DNA of 64,000 bases. It comes from an uncultured Flavobacteriales bacterium. GTDB taxonomy: Bacteria > Bacteroidota > Bacteroidia > Flavobacteriales_D > Sanyastnellaceae. Shown one piece after another: positions 27,612 to 37,310 of the stretch. Each line of letters opens with the position of its first letter. The first letter of the stretch is position 1. The translations under genes were made by a program, and so were the position numbers. The DNA lies in NCBI GenBank assembly GCA_943787435.1, contig CALSMK010000011.1, positions 3,813 to 67,812 of the forward strand, in the 5' to 3' direction. A model generated the notes under the pieces. The model made no database searches, was not told the DNA's origin, and saw nothing but the letters and a program-made list of their open reading frames with translations.

Positions 27612-28076
27612 ATGTCCGCTTACCGTGACCTCCAAGGGAACAACGTGCCCGCCACCCCCTCTGAATGCCTCGTTCATCGCGATGCCAGGGGCATCTGGTG
27701 GGTGAGGGTGGGGGTGAAAAACCACAGGGTGGCCCTGCACCAGTCTTCGGAGGGACGGTGGGAAGTGCATTTGGACGGCACCAATGACGTTTGGACCCGC
27801 CATGGTCTTCGGGAACAGCTGATGGAGCGCATGGGTCTGGAAGACTCCGTGGCCGGAGCGTCCAAAGAACTCCGGGCGCCCATGCCTGGAAAAGTCCTTG
27901 AGGTGTTGGTCTCAGAGGGTCAGGGCGTTTCAGAGGGAGAGCCCATGTTGGTCTTGGAGGCCATGAAAATGGAAAACGTCCTCAGAGCGGCAGGCGATGG
28001 AGAAGTGGGCTCCATTCTCGTAGATGCCGGACAGGCCGTAGAAAAAGACGCCGTCCTGATTGCGCTTTTGGACTGA
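27612..28076 (+). CDS. biotin/lipoyl-attachment protein (biotin carboxyl carrier-like)
   Basis: C-terminal APMPGKV...EAMKMEN...G is a biotinyl-lysine motif. The ATG at 27612 was chosen; the ATG at 27570 would overlap the hemW start. Confidence 0.8.
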   Translation: MSAYRDLQGNNVPATPSECLVHRDARGIWWVRVGVKNHRVALHQSSEGRWEVHLDGTNDVWTRHGLREQLMERMGLEDSVAGASKELRAPMPGKVLEVLVSEGQGVSEGEPMLVLEAMKMENVLRAAGDGEVGSILVDAGQAVEKDAVLIALLD

Positions 28077-28120
28077 GGTCCAGAGCAACGTTGGGTCCTC
28101 ACCTTCCGTTGTGGATAATA

Positions 28121-28153
28121 CCTGACGGAGCCTGAAGACGGCTTCCTGTCAGG
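28121..28153 (+). terminator. imperfect hairpin downstream of the biotin-carrier gene (possible terminator, no T tract)
   Basis: cctgac-g-gagcc-tgaagac-ggcttc-c-tgtcagg. The outer stem is cctgac/gtcagg and the inner stem is agcc/ggct. Confidence 0.3.
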
Positions 28154-28173
28154 TCTACCTTCGATTTATACCC

Positions 28174-29172
28174 ATGTGCAATTTCACCACAAGGCAATTT
28201 CTGTTGGCCATCTCAATGTTGGCGGGGGGATTCCCCCTCCTGGCGCAGACCTGCTCAAACCCCCAAACCCTCTGTCCAGAGTCACCCACTTCGGTGTTTG
28301 TTCTCGACGGCGCGGATGCCTTTCTGAATTTTGAGTGCATTGATGCCACCCACGTGGCGGTTCTCCGGTTCAGGTCCAACCACAACTTTGGCGACCCGGG
28401 CAATGCCAGAATTCGAATTTCTCAAGTCTCTTGTGACGGTGATTTGGGCCCCGATACGCTGGCCGCCGTGGTGGTGAGCGCCTCCGGTGCGCCTTGCGAC
28501 CCGGCGGGCTTGACAGCCATGGGTCCTTGCGTTTCTGGGGTGAATGATTTGGTTTGGGAGACCTCGACCCTGGTTCAAAACAGCGAATACTTCATTCTCA
28601 TTGGCACGCAACACGATCCGGCAGAATCCATGTGCGGCATGTACGTTGAGCTGGAAGGCGAAGGCGTCACGCTGGATGCGTGCTGCAACCACACGTTGAT
28701 TCCCGGCGCGTCCGCGGAGTTGACAGTGGTTGGGGGAGACCCTGTTTTTGGATACGTCTGGTCCCCCAACTTTTACCTGTCCGACCCGGACATGGCCACC
28801 ACAACGGTGACGCCAGCGGAAACCATCAGCTACCAAGTGGACGGTCAAATTGGAGAATGTCAGGTGAGCACTTCGGTGACCGTGACGGTGGGCAGCCCCA
28901 TTCTGGTTCCCAACAGTTTTACCCCCAACAGCGATGGGATCAATGACTTTTGGACCATCGACGGAATCATTGCCTTTGAAGGGGCCAGGGTGGAGGTCTT
29001 TAACCGCTGGGGCCAGCTCGTTCACCGCTCCTTGGGTTATGCCCAACCTTGGGATGGGACGGGACGTTCAGGAAAGCCCCTGACGCCAGGAACCTATTAC
29101 TACGTCATTGAACTCAACGACGCGGATCTGCCGATTCCGCCGGAAACCGGACACGTGGCCATTATTCGATGA
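28174..29172 (+). CDS. small Cys-rich T9SS cargo with gliding-motility-associated (type B) C-terminal domain
   Basis: Signal peptide MCNFTTRQFLLAISMLAGGFPLLAQ. The C-terminus VPNSFTPNSDGINDFWTIDG...VFNRWGQLV...GTYYYVI is a type-B CTD signature. Confidence 0.85.
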   Translation: MCNFTTRQFLLAISMLAGGFPLLAQTCSNPQTLCPESPTSVFVLDGADAFLNFECIDATHVAVLRFRSNHNFGDPGNARIRISQVSCDGDLGPDTLAAVVVSASGAPCDPAGLTAMGPCVSGVNDLVWETSTLVQNSEYFILIGTQHDPAESMCGMYVELEGEGVTLDACCNHTLIPGASAELTVVGGDPVFGYVWSPNFYLSDPDMATTTVTPAETISYQVDGQIGECQVSTSVTVTVGSPILVPNSFTPNSDGINDFWTIDGIIAFEGARVEVFNRWGQLVHRSLGYAQPWDGTGRSGKPLTPGTYYYVIELNDADLPIPPETGHVAIIR

Positions 29173-30116
29173 AGGAATACAGCACTTTCTCCATTCGCTT
29201 TGTCTGTGTCGCGATTTTGAGCGCCACACTCACGGCTTCAGCGCAGCAACTGCCGCTGCGCACCAACTGGCAATTCAACTATTTCCAGGAGAACCCGGCA
29301 TTTGCTGGCTTCACCGATTGCCTGGAGCTCAAAGCCGGGTTTCGTCAGCAGTGGGCCGGGTTTGATGGGGCGCCGCAAACGGCGTTCGCCAATCTGCAAG
29401 GTGAAATTGGGCGGTCTGCAGGCGGAGGCATTCACGGTTTTGGTGGACGTGTCACCGACGACTCAGCGGGTCCCTACGGCTTTACGCAGTTGGATTTGGC
29501 CTATGCCTACCACATGAAAATGTCGCAAGGCTGGAAATTGGCGGCGGGCGCATCCCTTGGGTTCATGCAATACCGGCTGGACTTGGGGGGCATTGATTTG
29601 CCGAACAACGAATTGGATGACCCGGCGATCACTTCGAGCACCAATCAGTTGCTGGCGCCCACCATGGATTTTGGGTTTTGGGTGTACAACAAATACACAT
29701 TTTGGGGCCTGTCGATTCAAAACCTGATTGAGCCCTCTGTGGATGAATGGGGGTTGGACTCGCGGTTCCGACGTCATGTTGGGTTTTATGGCGGCTCTTT
29801 GATTCGGTTGGAAGGTCCATGGAGCTTCCACCCCGCTGGATCACTTCGTTTTGCTGCAGGTGCCCCAGTTGCGGTTGACGTCCAAGCCTTGTTTGACTAC
29901 GACGAAGCGGTGCGGTTTGGAATTGGATACCGGAACGAAACGGCATTGTCAGGCTTGTTCAGCCTTCAGGTGACCGAAAACGTGAAGGTGGGCTATGCAT
30001 ACGACAGGAATGTTGGCCCACTTCAACAGGCTGGGTCCAGCACACACGAATTCACCCTCGGCATCTTGGCTTGCCCTGTCAAGGGAAGCCATGTTCCCTG
30101 CGCAGCATTCCAATGA
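29169..30116 (+). CDS. PorP/SprF family T9SS membrane protein (1)
   Basis: N-terminal AQQLPLRTNWQFNYFQENPAFAG is the characteristic PorP/SprF start, and the remainder is beta-barrel-like. There is an ATGA overlap with the upstream cargo gene. Confidence 0.85.
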   Translation: MKEYSTFSIRFVCVAILSATLTASAQQLPLRTNWQFNYFQENPAFAGFTDCLELKAGFRQQWAGFDGAPQTAFANLQGEIGRSAGGGIHGFGGRVTDDSAGPYGFTQLDLAYAYHMKMSQGWKLAAGASLGFMQYRLDLGGIDLPNNELDDPAITSSTNQLLAPTMDFGFWVYNKYTFWGLSIQNLIEPSVDEWGLDSRFRRHVGFYGGSLIRLEGPWSFHPAGSLRFAAGAPVAVDVQALFDYDEAVRFGIGYRNETALSGLFSLQVTENVKVGYAYDRNVGPLQQAGSSTHEFTLGILACPVKGSHVPCAAFQ

Positions 30117-30165
30117 CGGCCATGGAACTTCTGAAGCGCGGACGCGTAAACCGACAAAACAGCCA

Positions 30166-33100
30166 ATGAGAAACGACCTTGGAGAACGCCGCTTGAGCTG
30201 GGCCACACGAATGTTGGGCTCCGGTCATGCTTTCCTCCAGGGGGTGTGTTTCTGGGTTGCCATGGGCTTGGCCCAAACGGCTGCGGGACAATGCCCAGAC
30301 AGCATAGAGGTTCTTCAGCCGATCAGCTGCAGTGGCGCAGATGACGGCGTTCTCACGGTTAGCGTACCAGATGGTGAAGACCCCAGCAGCGTTTATTGGT
30401 TGTTCGAGGACGACACCTTGTTTGGAGTGGTCCAGTCTGGATTGGGCCCGGGAAGCTATCTCGCTTTTGTTCCCGGTTGTGGGGCCTTGGGCGAAACACT
30501 CGATGAGCCCTTTCCGTTTTTCATCACCTCGACCCTATCACAGTCACCCACGTGCGATGACCCATGCTCTGGTGTGATTGAAGCCACAGCCAATTTTGGC
30601 ACCGGCGACGTGGAATTCACTTGGTCTCACAATGCGGCACAGACCGGACCTACGGGAACGGGAATCTGCGAACAAGTGGTGTTGATCACGGCCACAGACG
30701 CCAACGGTTGCCAGGACCAAGAAATCGTGGTGGTGGAGATCCCTCCTTTGGAAGTCCTGGCATTCGGAGAGTCTCCAAGCTGCAATGGATTGTCTGACGG
30801 AACCGTTGCGGCGGTGGCCTCTGGTGGCTTAGAGGGGGAGTATTCATTTGTTTGGACAGACGGCGAGGGAAATTCCATTGGCAACACGGCTGACGTCTCA
30901 GGCCTCTCCGAGGGAACCTATGTGGTGACAGCGACAGACACCGGAGGGTGCAGCGCGTCCACCAACGTTGTACTCCAAGATCCTCCACCTGTTAGCATTG
31001 ACATGGCCTCGGAAGGGGTCAGTTGCTTTGGCGACACTGACGGCGAGGCATCGGCCTTCTTTTCGGAAGCGGTGTTTTACGAATGGAGCGGCCCGAATGG
31101 ATATTCGTCCAGTGGGGAGAGCTTGGATGTGATTGAAGGGCTGTCGCCGGGAATCTACACCGCGATGGTGACCGCCGCCGATGGGTGCGCAGGAGAGGGG
31201 GCCACAGAGGTTGACGAGCCAGCTCTGCTGGTGGGGCAGCCTTTTGACGCGCCACCAACCTGTCCGGGAGAATCCAATGGAACGGCCGGAGTCGTGGCCT
31301 TGGGAGGCACCCCTGATTATTCTGTGACTTGGACCCTGCCCTCTGGAGAGCAAGCCAGTGGAGACTTCCTCAACGGCCAGCCTGCTGGCGTTTATTCTTT
31401 TGAATTGGTGGATGCCAATGGTTGCACGGCCACGGGGGAAGTGACCCTAGAAGAGCCCGAGCCGATTTCCATTTCTCTCAACACCACTGGTCCGTCTTGT
31501 GCTCAAGGCGAGGGGTCAGAGTCTGGAGTGATTGTAGCCACCGCCACAGGTGGAACCGGACCTTATTTGGCTGGATGGTTTGATGCAGAAACAGAGCAGT
31601 TGATCGGCTCTGGACTGGCCATTTCTGGCTTGTCCGCAGGGGTTTATGGCCTGGGGCTGATGGACTTGCTGGGGTGCGTTGTTGACACCATTGTAACGCT
31701 TGAAGCTCCGGACACTTTGATCGCATCGGTTGTGGCGAACATGCCCACATGCTTTGGGGATTCCGATGGCCAAGCCTCTGTTGTGATTGACGGAGGGGAG
31801 CCCGATTTCTCTGTGGTGTGGACCGGGGACATCGACCCCACCATTGGGCCGTCGATTGATGGACTTGGAGCCGGAGAATACTTTGCAGCGGTCAGCGACG
31901 CCAATGGGTGCACCGCCGAGGTGGGCTTTGTTTTGGCGGCTCCCGACCTGCTTGAATTGACAGCAGAAGCCCAAGACGCAGGCTGCTCAGGAGAAGATGG
32001 CTCCATTGAAGGCGCTGCCTCAGGAGGGGTGTTGGATTACACCACCATTTGGATGGGAGATGAGGGAGTGGTCGGCGAAGGGTTGGCGCTGGAGGGCTTG
32101 ACCCCCGGCCTTTATTCAGGCGTCTTGACCGATGCCAATGGGTGCGCAGCCGAAGCGACCGTTGAGGTGGGCCAACTGCCGCCCGTGGCGTTGACCTTGG
32201 ACGACCTCCAACTGGATTGCGTCAATGGCACAGGGGCTGTTTCAGCCAGCGCCACGGGTGGAGAACCCCCGTTGGTTGTCACGCTGACCGGTCCCTCAGG
32301 CGAAGTGGATCCTTCGGCCTGGGCTGCACTCCCCGAGGGGGAATACACGTGCACAGCCACAGACGAACGCGGGTGTTTTGCCGATACCGTTTTTGCGATC
32401 GATCCACTTTTGGACCTTGAAGTCTCCGTGTCGCCAGCAGGGTGTGGCGGACTTGGTCAACTGAACGCCAATGCCATTGGGGGGTCTGGAGACTACGCGT
32501 TTATGGCAGACCCCGTCGGGAGCCCCTCTGAGTCTGGAGCAGGCTTTGCGTTGTGGGACGCTTTGCCTCCAGGGGATTACGTGGTGACTGTCGACGATGG
32601 AACGTGTACGCAACAGGCATCGGCGACCATAGAGGGTGTCACCTTGTTTGATTGGACCGTGACCCCCACCGAGTATGGCTGTCCTTCAGCGCCAGGAGGG
32701 CTGTTGGTGGAAGTCAGCGGCGGAGCAGAACCCATCAGTTACAGCGGGACCAGCGTCAATGGCGAGGTGTCCTGGAACAGCGCGGACACCACAGGCCTGG
32801 AGCCAGGTCAGTATTTGATTTTGGCCTTGGATGATGCCGGCTGTGAGCGCGATACGCTCGTTGAGGTGTTGGCCTCACCAGAATTGAACTTATCGGTCTC
32901 CGCTTCAGACATGTCTTGCTTTGCTGAAGAAGACGGCTCGCTGGTGGTAGAGGCCTCAGGCGGTTCCGGTGCTCTTGCGGTGGGCGCTCAGGGTCCAAGT
33001 GGGCTGGTTGTTTCGCCTTTTGAGGGCTTGGTTTCAGGAAGCTACACCGTGGGTGTCCTCGATGACAGGGGATGCGCGGCCGACACAACGGTGCAGATTT

Positions 33101-35298
33101 TGGAGCCCGCGGCCATTGAGGCAGAGGTGACGGCCCAAGCGGAAAGTTGCGTTTCTACGGCAGACGGATCGGTTCAGGTTGTGGCCACAGGAGGAACCGG
33201 GGAGCTCTTGGTTCAGTGGGAAGGAGGACCTCAAAATGAATCTTGGACAGGGCTGTCCGAGGGCCTGTATGGGTGGACGGTGACCGATGAAGCGGGCTGC
33301 ACCACAGAGGGCCAAGCCGAAGTGGAATTGGGTGGGGGGCTCGAGGTCACTTCTGGGGTGGATTTGGGCGACTGTATCGATGGAGTCCCCAATGCCAACG
33401 TGAGCCTGTACTTGATTGGAAATGCAGACTCTGCCCAGGTTTTGCTGGGTGGTTTGCCAGCCGATGAGGTTGTGGCCACATCGGAATCTGGGACATGGAC
33501 GTGGTTCAACCTCCCTTCAGGGTCATACGGTTGGTCGGCCAGCTTGGGAGATGACTGTGGCGCCAGTGGTGCTGTGGAGGTAGAATTGCCAGAGCCATTG
33601 GTTTGGGAGGGCGCAGCAACGCAGCCCTTGTGCGAAGGCGACAGTGGCATGGTTCAAGGCACCGCCTCTGGAGGGACGTTGCCTTTGTTGATAGAGTGGT
33701 CTGGCACCACAACACAGGGAGACACTTTGATGGGCACAGGCCCTTCGACAGGGCCGATTCCGGCGGGGGAGTATTCCGTTGTGGTGTCTGATACAGCAGG
33801 CTGTTCTGTGTCCACATTGTGGTCGTTGGCTCCGCTTTCGGTGGGGCTCACCATGGGGTTTGATTTGGTGCAGCCTTCGTGCGGCGGTGCTTTGGTCGGA
33901 GAGGCCACCATCGTCCCTTCAGGAGGGGTATTGCCCTACGGCCTTGTGGTGGAAGGCGCCGCGGACAGCCTGTTTCTGCCATTCTTGGTCACAGGATCGT
34001 ATCCTGTTTTCCTGACCGATTCGGTGGGATGTACGGCCACAGACACCATCGTGATCGATCCTGCCAGCGACTTTGAGCTCATGGCCATTGTGGATTCTGC
34101 TTCTTGCGCAAACAGCGAAGACGGAAGCATCGTTTTGGAGACTTCCAACGGAACGGGCGACCCGGACTTCACGTTTGTGGGGCCGTTCGGGGCCATTCCC
34201 GTGGGAGACACCATCACCGGGGTGGGACCGGGTGTTTATGAGATTACGGCCATTGACGAAGCGGGCTGTCCTGCAGTTTTGTTGGTCTCGGTTCAATCTC
34301 CTCCACCGCTGTTTGTGGTGTTGGACAGCTTGGTTCGCCCCAGCTGTGCAGGAGATGAGGACGGCACCTTGGTGGCCTTGGCTTCAGGGGGCTCTGGTGA
34401 TCCAGTAACGTGGTCGTTCAACTGGTTTTTGGACAGTGCTCTGGTGGGCACGGGCCAAGGGTTGTACGGCATCGGTGAAGGTGAATATGCGGTGGAAGTC
34501 ATCGATGACGCGGGGTGCACCGAAGAGATTGCCTCCATTCCATTGGTGGCAGAAGGCGACGTTTCATTGGTGGTGCCAGAAGACACCACCCTGTGCGCCG
34601 GACAACCGCTCAGCATGGAGGCATATGCCGAGGGCGCAATCCAAACATCGTGGTTGTTGCCTGACAATTCTGGGGGCTCCGGTCTGATGGCGGGGGTTCT
34701 TCAGGTTGAGGGTGGTGTGGGCCACTGGGTGTTCACAGCGTCCAGGCTCGGCTGCGTTCGAACCGACTCCGTTCAAGTCACGGGACTGGCTTTGCCAGCA
34801 CCCAATGCGGGCAACGATCAGACCATACCCGAAGGAGGAACAGCGTCATTGGGCGGTTCGGCAAACCCAGACTGGGACTACTCTTGGGTGCCCGAGGAAG
34901 ACGTCGTGTCCAGCGACCTCGCGGCAACGGCTACACAAGCGTTGTTTGGCGCCACAGAATTTGTGTTGACTGCGGTCAACCCAGAAGGCTGTTCCGCCAC
35001 AGATACCGTTTACATCGACGTGTTGTTGGAACTGGACGTTCCGTCGGGCTTCACACCAAACGGAGACGGCATCAATGATGCGTGGAACTTGGGAGGCCTG
35101 GACCAATATCCCAGCGCTCAGATCACCATTTTCAATCGGTGGGGCGACATATTGCTGACCCAGGGTTCGACCGAGGCTTCTTGGGATGGAACCTTGAACG
35201 GAATCGCGGTTCCCGTGGGCACTTATTACTATCACATCCGCGTCGACGAGACGGCTTTGCAGGCCGAGTGGACGGGGCCAATCACCTTGATGCGATGA
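30166..35298 (+). CDS. giant SprB-repeat cell-surface adhesin with type-B C-terminal domain
   Basis: More than 20 repeats of the C.G..DG....(V/A)..GG type (SprB repeat). The C-terminus is VPSGFTPNGDGINDAWNLGG...IFNRWG...GTYYYHI. Start is ATG 30166 or 30211; the ORF-track start at 29995 overlaps PorP. Confidence 0.85.
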   Translation: MRNDLGERRLSWATRMLGSGHAFLQGVCFWVAMGLAQTAAGQCPDSIEVLQPISCSGADDGVLTVSVPDGEDPSSVYWLFEDDTLFGVVQSGLGPGSYLAFVPGCGALGETLDEPFPFFITSTLSQSPTCDDPCSGVIEATANFGTGDVEFTWSHNAAQTGPTGTGICEQVVLITATDANGCQDQEIVVVEIPPLEVLAFGESPSCNGLSDGTVAAVASGGLEGEYSFVWTDGEGNSIGNTADVSGLSEGTYVVTATDTGGCSASTNVVLQDPPPVSIDMASEGVSCFGDTDGEASAFFSEAVFYEWSGPNGYSSSGESLDVIEGLSPGIYTAMVTAADGCAGEGATEVDEPALLVGQPFDAPPTCPGESNGTAGVVALGGTPDYSVTWTLPSGEQASGDFLNGQPAGVYSFELVDANGCTATGEVTLEEPEPISISLNTTGPSCAQGEGSESGVIVATATGGTGPYLAGWFDAETEQLIGSGLAISGLSAGVYGLGLMDLLGCVVDTIVTLEAPDTLIASVVANMPTCFGDSDGQASVVIDGGEPDFSVVWTGDIDPTIGPSIDGLGAGEYFAAVSDANGCTAEVGFVLAAPDLLELTAEAQDAGCSGEDGSIEGAASGGVLDYTTIWMGDEGVVGEGLALEGLTPGLYSGVLTDANGCAAEATVEVGQLPPVALTLDDLQLDCVNGTGAVSASATGGEPPLVVTLTGPSGEVDPSAWAALPEGEYTCTATDERGCFADTVFAIDPLLDLEVSVSPAGCGGLGQLNANAIGGSGDYAFMADPVGSPSESGAGFALWDALPPGDYVVTVDDGTCTQQASATIEGVTLFDWTVTPTEYGCPSAPGGLLVEVSGGAEPISYSGTSVNGEVSWNSADTTGLEPGQYLILALDDAGCERDTLVEVLASPELNLSVSASDMSCFAEEDGSLVVEASGGSGALAVGAQGPSGLVVSPFEGLVSGSYTVGVLDDRGCAADTTVQILEPAAIEAEVTAQAESCVSTADGSVQVVATGGTGELLVQWEGGPQNESWTGLSEGLYGWTVTDEAGCTTEGQAEVELGGGLEVTSGVDLGDCIDGVPNANVSLYLIGNADSAQVLLGGLPADEVVATSESGTWTWFNLPSGSYGWSASLGDDCGASGAVEVELPEPLVWEGAATQPLCEGDSGMVQGTASGGTLPLLIEWSGTTTQGDTLMGTGPSTGPIPAGEYSVVVSDTAGCSVSTLWSLAPLSVGLTMGFDLVQPSCGGALVGEATIVPSGGVLPYGLVVEGAADSLFLPFLVTGSYPVFLTDSVGCTATDTIVIDPASDFELMAIVDSASCANSEDGSIVLETSNGTGDPDFTFVGPFGAIPVGDTITGVGPGVYEITAIDEAGCPAVLLVSVQSPPPLFVVLDSLVRPSCAGDEDGTLVALASGGSGDPVTWSFNWFLDSALVGTGQGLYGIGEGEYAVEVIDDAGCTEEIASIPLVAEGDVSLVVPEDTTLCAGQPLSMEAYAEGAIQTSWLLPDNSGGSGLMAGVLQVEGGVGHWVFTASRLGCVRTDSVQVTGLALPAPNAGNDQTIPEGGTASLGGSANPDWDYSWVPEEDVVSSDLAATATQALFGATEFVLTAVNPEGCSATDTVYIDVLLELDVPSGFTPNGDGINDAWNLGGLDQYPSAQITIFNRWGDILLTQGSTEASWDGTLNGIAVPVGTYYYHIRVDETALQAEWTGPITLMR

Positions 35299-36203
35299 GC
35301 CAGCGCCAACCCCACTTGCGTTTCGGTGTTCACCTGCTGATGGTGCTGCCCATGTTGTGGCTCGGTCAGGCTGCAATGGCGCAGCAATTGCCCATCACCA
35401 CCTTGCCCTTAGACCATGCATTTGATGCCCATCCAGCAGCGGCATCGGACACCTTGATCCACGTGAGCATTTGGCAAAGGAGCCCTTGGAGCGGTGTGGC
35501 TTCTGCACCCCGGACCACATCGTTGGCCATCACCTCACCCACCGGGTCCAGCTCGTTGTCTTGGGGCGCCAGGTTTTGGAGCGATGTGGCGGGCCCGACG
35601 AGGATGGCGGGTGCCCACGCCGGCTTGGCTTACGCCACGCAATGGACGGAAGGGTTGAGGATGTCCTTTGGACTGGGCTTGGGTTGGACACAGTTTGCCA
35701 TTGACGGCAATCGAATCGAGTTTGAACAAGCCGGAGACCCCGCCCTAGGCGATACTTACAGCGCCACAGGCTTGCCCGACGCCAGCGCTGGAATCTGGTT
35801 GTCCAGTGACCGGCTCAACGCGGCCTTTTCGGCAGGCCAAGTGCTCGGTGGAAACCTACCCGTTTTCAACGGGACAGGCGCGGGCTCTCAGCTTGAATCC
35901 CACATGAGGGGAATGGTGACGTACCGCTTCGGATCAGGTCAGTGGGGCTGGTCCCCCATCGTTCAGTTCCAACATCTCCGGCCCATTCCCGCTGAAGTTT
36001 CAGGTGCTTTGCGCGTGGATCGAGGCGGAGAGTATTGGGGCATGCTGGGCTACCGTTCAGCCGGAGCGGCTCACTTGGGCGCGGGCATCAAAATCAACAA
36101 CCAACTGACGTTCAGCTACAATCGCAATTGGGCAACGGGGAATTTGGCCCGTGTTTTGGGCGGCGGTCACGAGGTGGTGTTGGCATTCACCGTGCCACGT
36201 TGA
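35295..36203 (+). CDS. PorP/SprF family T9SS membrane protein (2)
   Basis: Signal peptide, then AQQLPITTLPLDHAFDAHPAAAS..., and a beta-barrel-like pattern ending ...HEVVLAFTVPR. There is an ATGA overlap with the adhesin stop (35295-35298). Confidence 0.8.
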   Translation: MSQRQPHLRFGVHLLMVLPMLWLGQAAMAQQLPITTLPLDHAFDAHPAAASDTLIHVSIWQRSPWSGVASAPRTTSLAITSPTGSSSLSWGARFWSDVAGPTRMAGAHAGLAYATQWTEGLRMSFGLGLGWTQFAIDGNRIEFEQAGDPALGDTYSATGLPDASAGIWLSSDRLNAAFSAGQVLGGNLPVFNGTGAGSQLESHMRGMVTYRFGSGQWGWSPIVQFQHLRPIPAEVSGALRVDRGGEYWGMLGYRSAGAAHLGAGIKINNQLTFSYNRNWATGNLARVLGGGHEVVLAFTVPR

Positions 36204-36278
36204 TGACGCCTTCAGACGTGCGCAGAAGCGCCCCCCAAGGCAGGTAGTTTCGAAGCGACAACAAGAGACACCTGAGAC

Positions 36279-37310
36279 ATGGCGGGATTCAAGAATTTGG
36301 AGGATTTGGTGGGCGACTTGGAAGCCGGCTTGCAAAAGTTGAGGGCAGGAAAACTTGAGCCGGAGGAGTTGACACCCTTGGTGGATGACGCCAGAGAGCT
36401 CTGCGACCGACTGGTTTTGCTGAGGTTCAAGGCCCACGAATTTGCTTACGAGCTGAGGAGAAAAACGCCAGAAGGTGGGGTGGATGAAAATGTGGTTGAC
36501 CGTCAACCTGTGCGCCCCTTCAGGATTGGTGCGGCCTATCAGACATCCCTGATTGATGCGATTGAAGAGGTGAGCCGCGAACAAGCGGAGCAGGCTGCCG
36601 ACGCCAGACGTCTGGCGGGAACGCCCGACCTGTTTGACGCCGCGGTGGACCCCGTGATGGAGGAGTCACCCGCCAAAGTTGAAATCCCGACGAAAGAAGA
36701 GGAGCCGTCTTTTGCAGACATTGCCCAGTCTGGGGTGGTGGAAAAAGCGCCAGTGGAGGAGCCAGAAACAGCACAAGAGCCAGAAGGGAAAGAGGTTCAC
36801 CAGGAAGCCGGTGCATTAGAAGAGGAGGCTTCAATGACAGGGCCTGTTGATCCGCCTGTTGATTCGCCCCTTGATCCGCTTTTTAATGGGATTGAAGAGG
36901 AGCCCAAAGAAGAGCCTGCTGAGGAAGCTGAAGTGGCCGCTGCCGATCCAGACCCGATAACAACGCCAGAACCAGCGCCAATTCAAACTGAGCCTGTGGC
37001 TCAGGAGGCAATCGTTTCCAGCGGCCAAGGCATGGAGGGCACGCCGTCTTTGGCGGAACAAATGGAGCGCAAGCCCATCCAAGATTTGCGGACTGCGTTT
37101 AGCCTTGTCGAGAAGTACGAATGCATCAAGGGGTTGTTCCAAGACGATGCCCTGTTGTTTGATAAGGTGCTCGAAGCCTTGGATGGAGCGGGAGACTATC
37201 AGTTGGCGCTGCACTGGCTCCAGCAGCATGTTCCGGAATCCATGGTTTGGGACCAAGAAGACCCCACTGTGGCGCGCTTCTTGGAACGGGTTCAAAGGCG
37301 GTACATCTGA
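36279..37310 (+). CDS. hypothetical acidic protein (helical N-terminus, Pro/Glu-rich linker, conserved-looking C-terminal domain)
   Basis: 343 aa with ATG start. Coding-like composition and a TGATG junction with rsmI. I cannot assign a family. Confidence 0.65.
   Translation: MAGFKNLEDLVGDLEAGLQKLRAGKLEPEELTPLVDDARELCDRLVLLRFKAHEFAYELRRKTPEGGVDENVVDRQPVRPFRIGAAYQTSLIDAIEEVSREQAEQAADARRLAGTPDLFDAAVDPVMEESPAKVEIPTKEEEPSFADIAQSGVVEKAPVEEPETAQEPEGKEVHQEAGALEEEASMTGPVDPPVDSPLDPLFNGIEEEPKEEPAEEAEVAAADPDPITTPEPAPIQTEPVAQEAIVSSGQGMEGTPSLAEQMERKPIQDLRTAFSLVEKYECIKGLFQDDALLFDKVLEALDGAGDYQLALHWLQQHVPESMVWDQEDPTVARFLERVQRRYI

Noticed and set aside
28347-28354. Additional CCACGTGG cores (also at ~43384) as further copies of the mnmG-flanking element
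   Set aside because: Only the 8-nt core is shared. The flanks do not match the 22-mer, and both sites lie inside coding sequence (for example lepA PGHVDF), so these are chance occurrences.
28282-29046. 254-aa ORF antisense to the small type-B CTD cargo
   Set aside because: The + strand frame carries the signal peptide and the diagnostic CTD. The antisense product is Arg/Gly/His-rich noise.
29995-30165. N-terminal extension of the SprB-like ORF overlapping PorP-1 by ~120 nt
   Set aside because: The extension has no signal peptide and overlaps the PorP coding end. The ATGs at 30166 and 30211 precede the hydrophobic signal segment.
30300-34900. Repetitive look of the SprB-like gene as a possible DNA repeat array or CRISPR-like structure
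   Set aside because: The repeats are divergent protein-level SprB/Ig-like modules of ~80-100 aa in one continuous frame. There are no short identical direct repeats with unique spacers.
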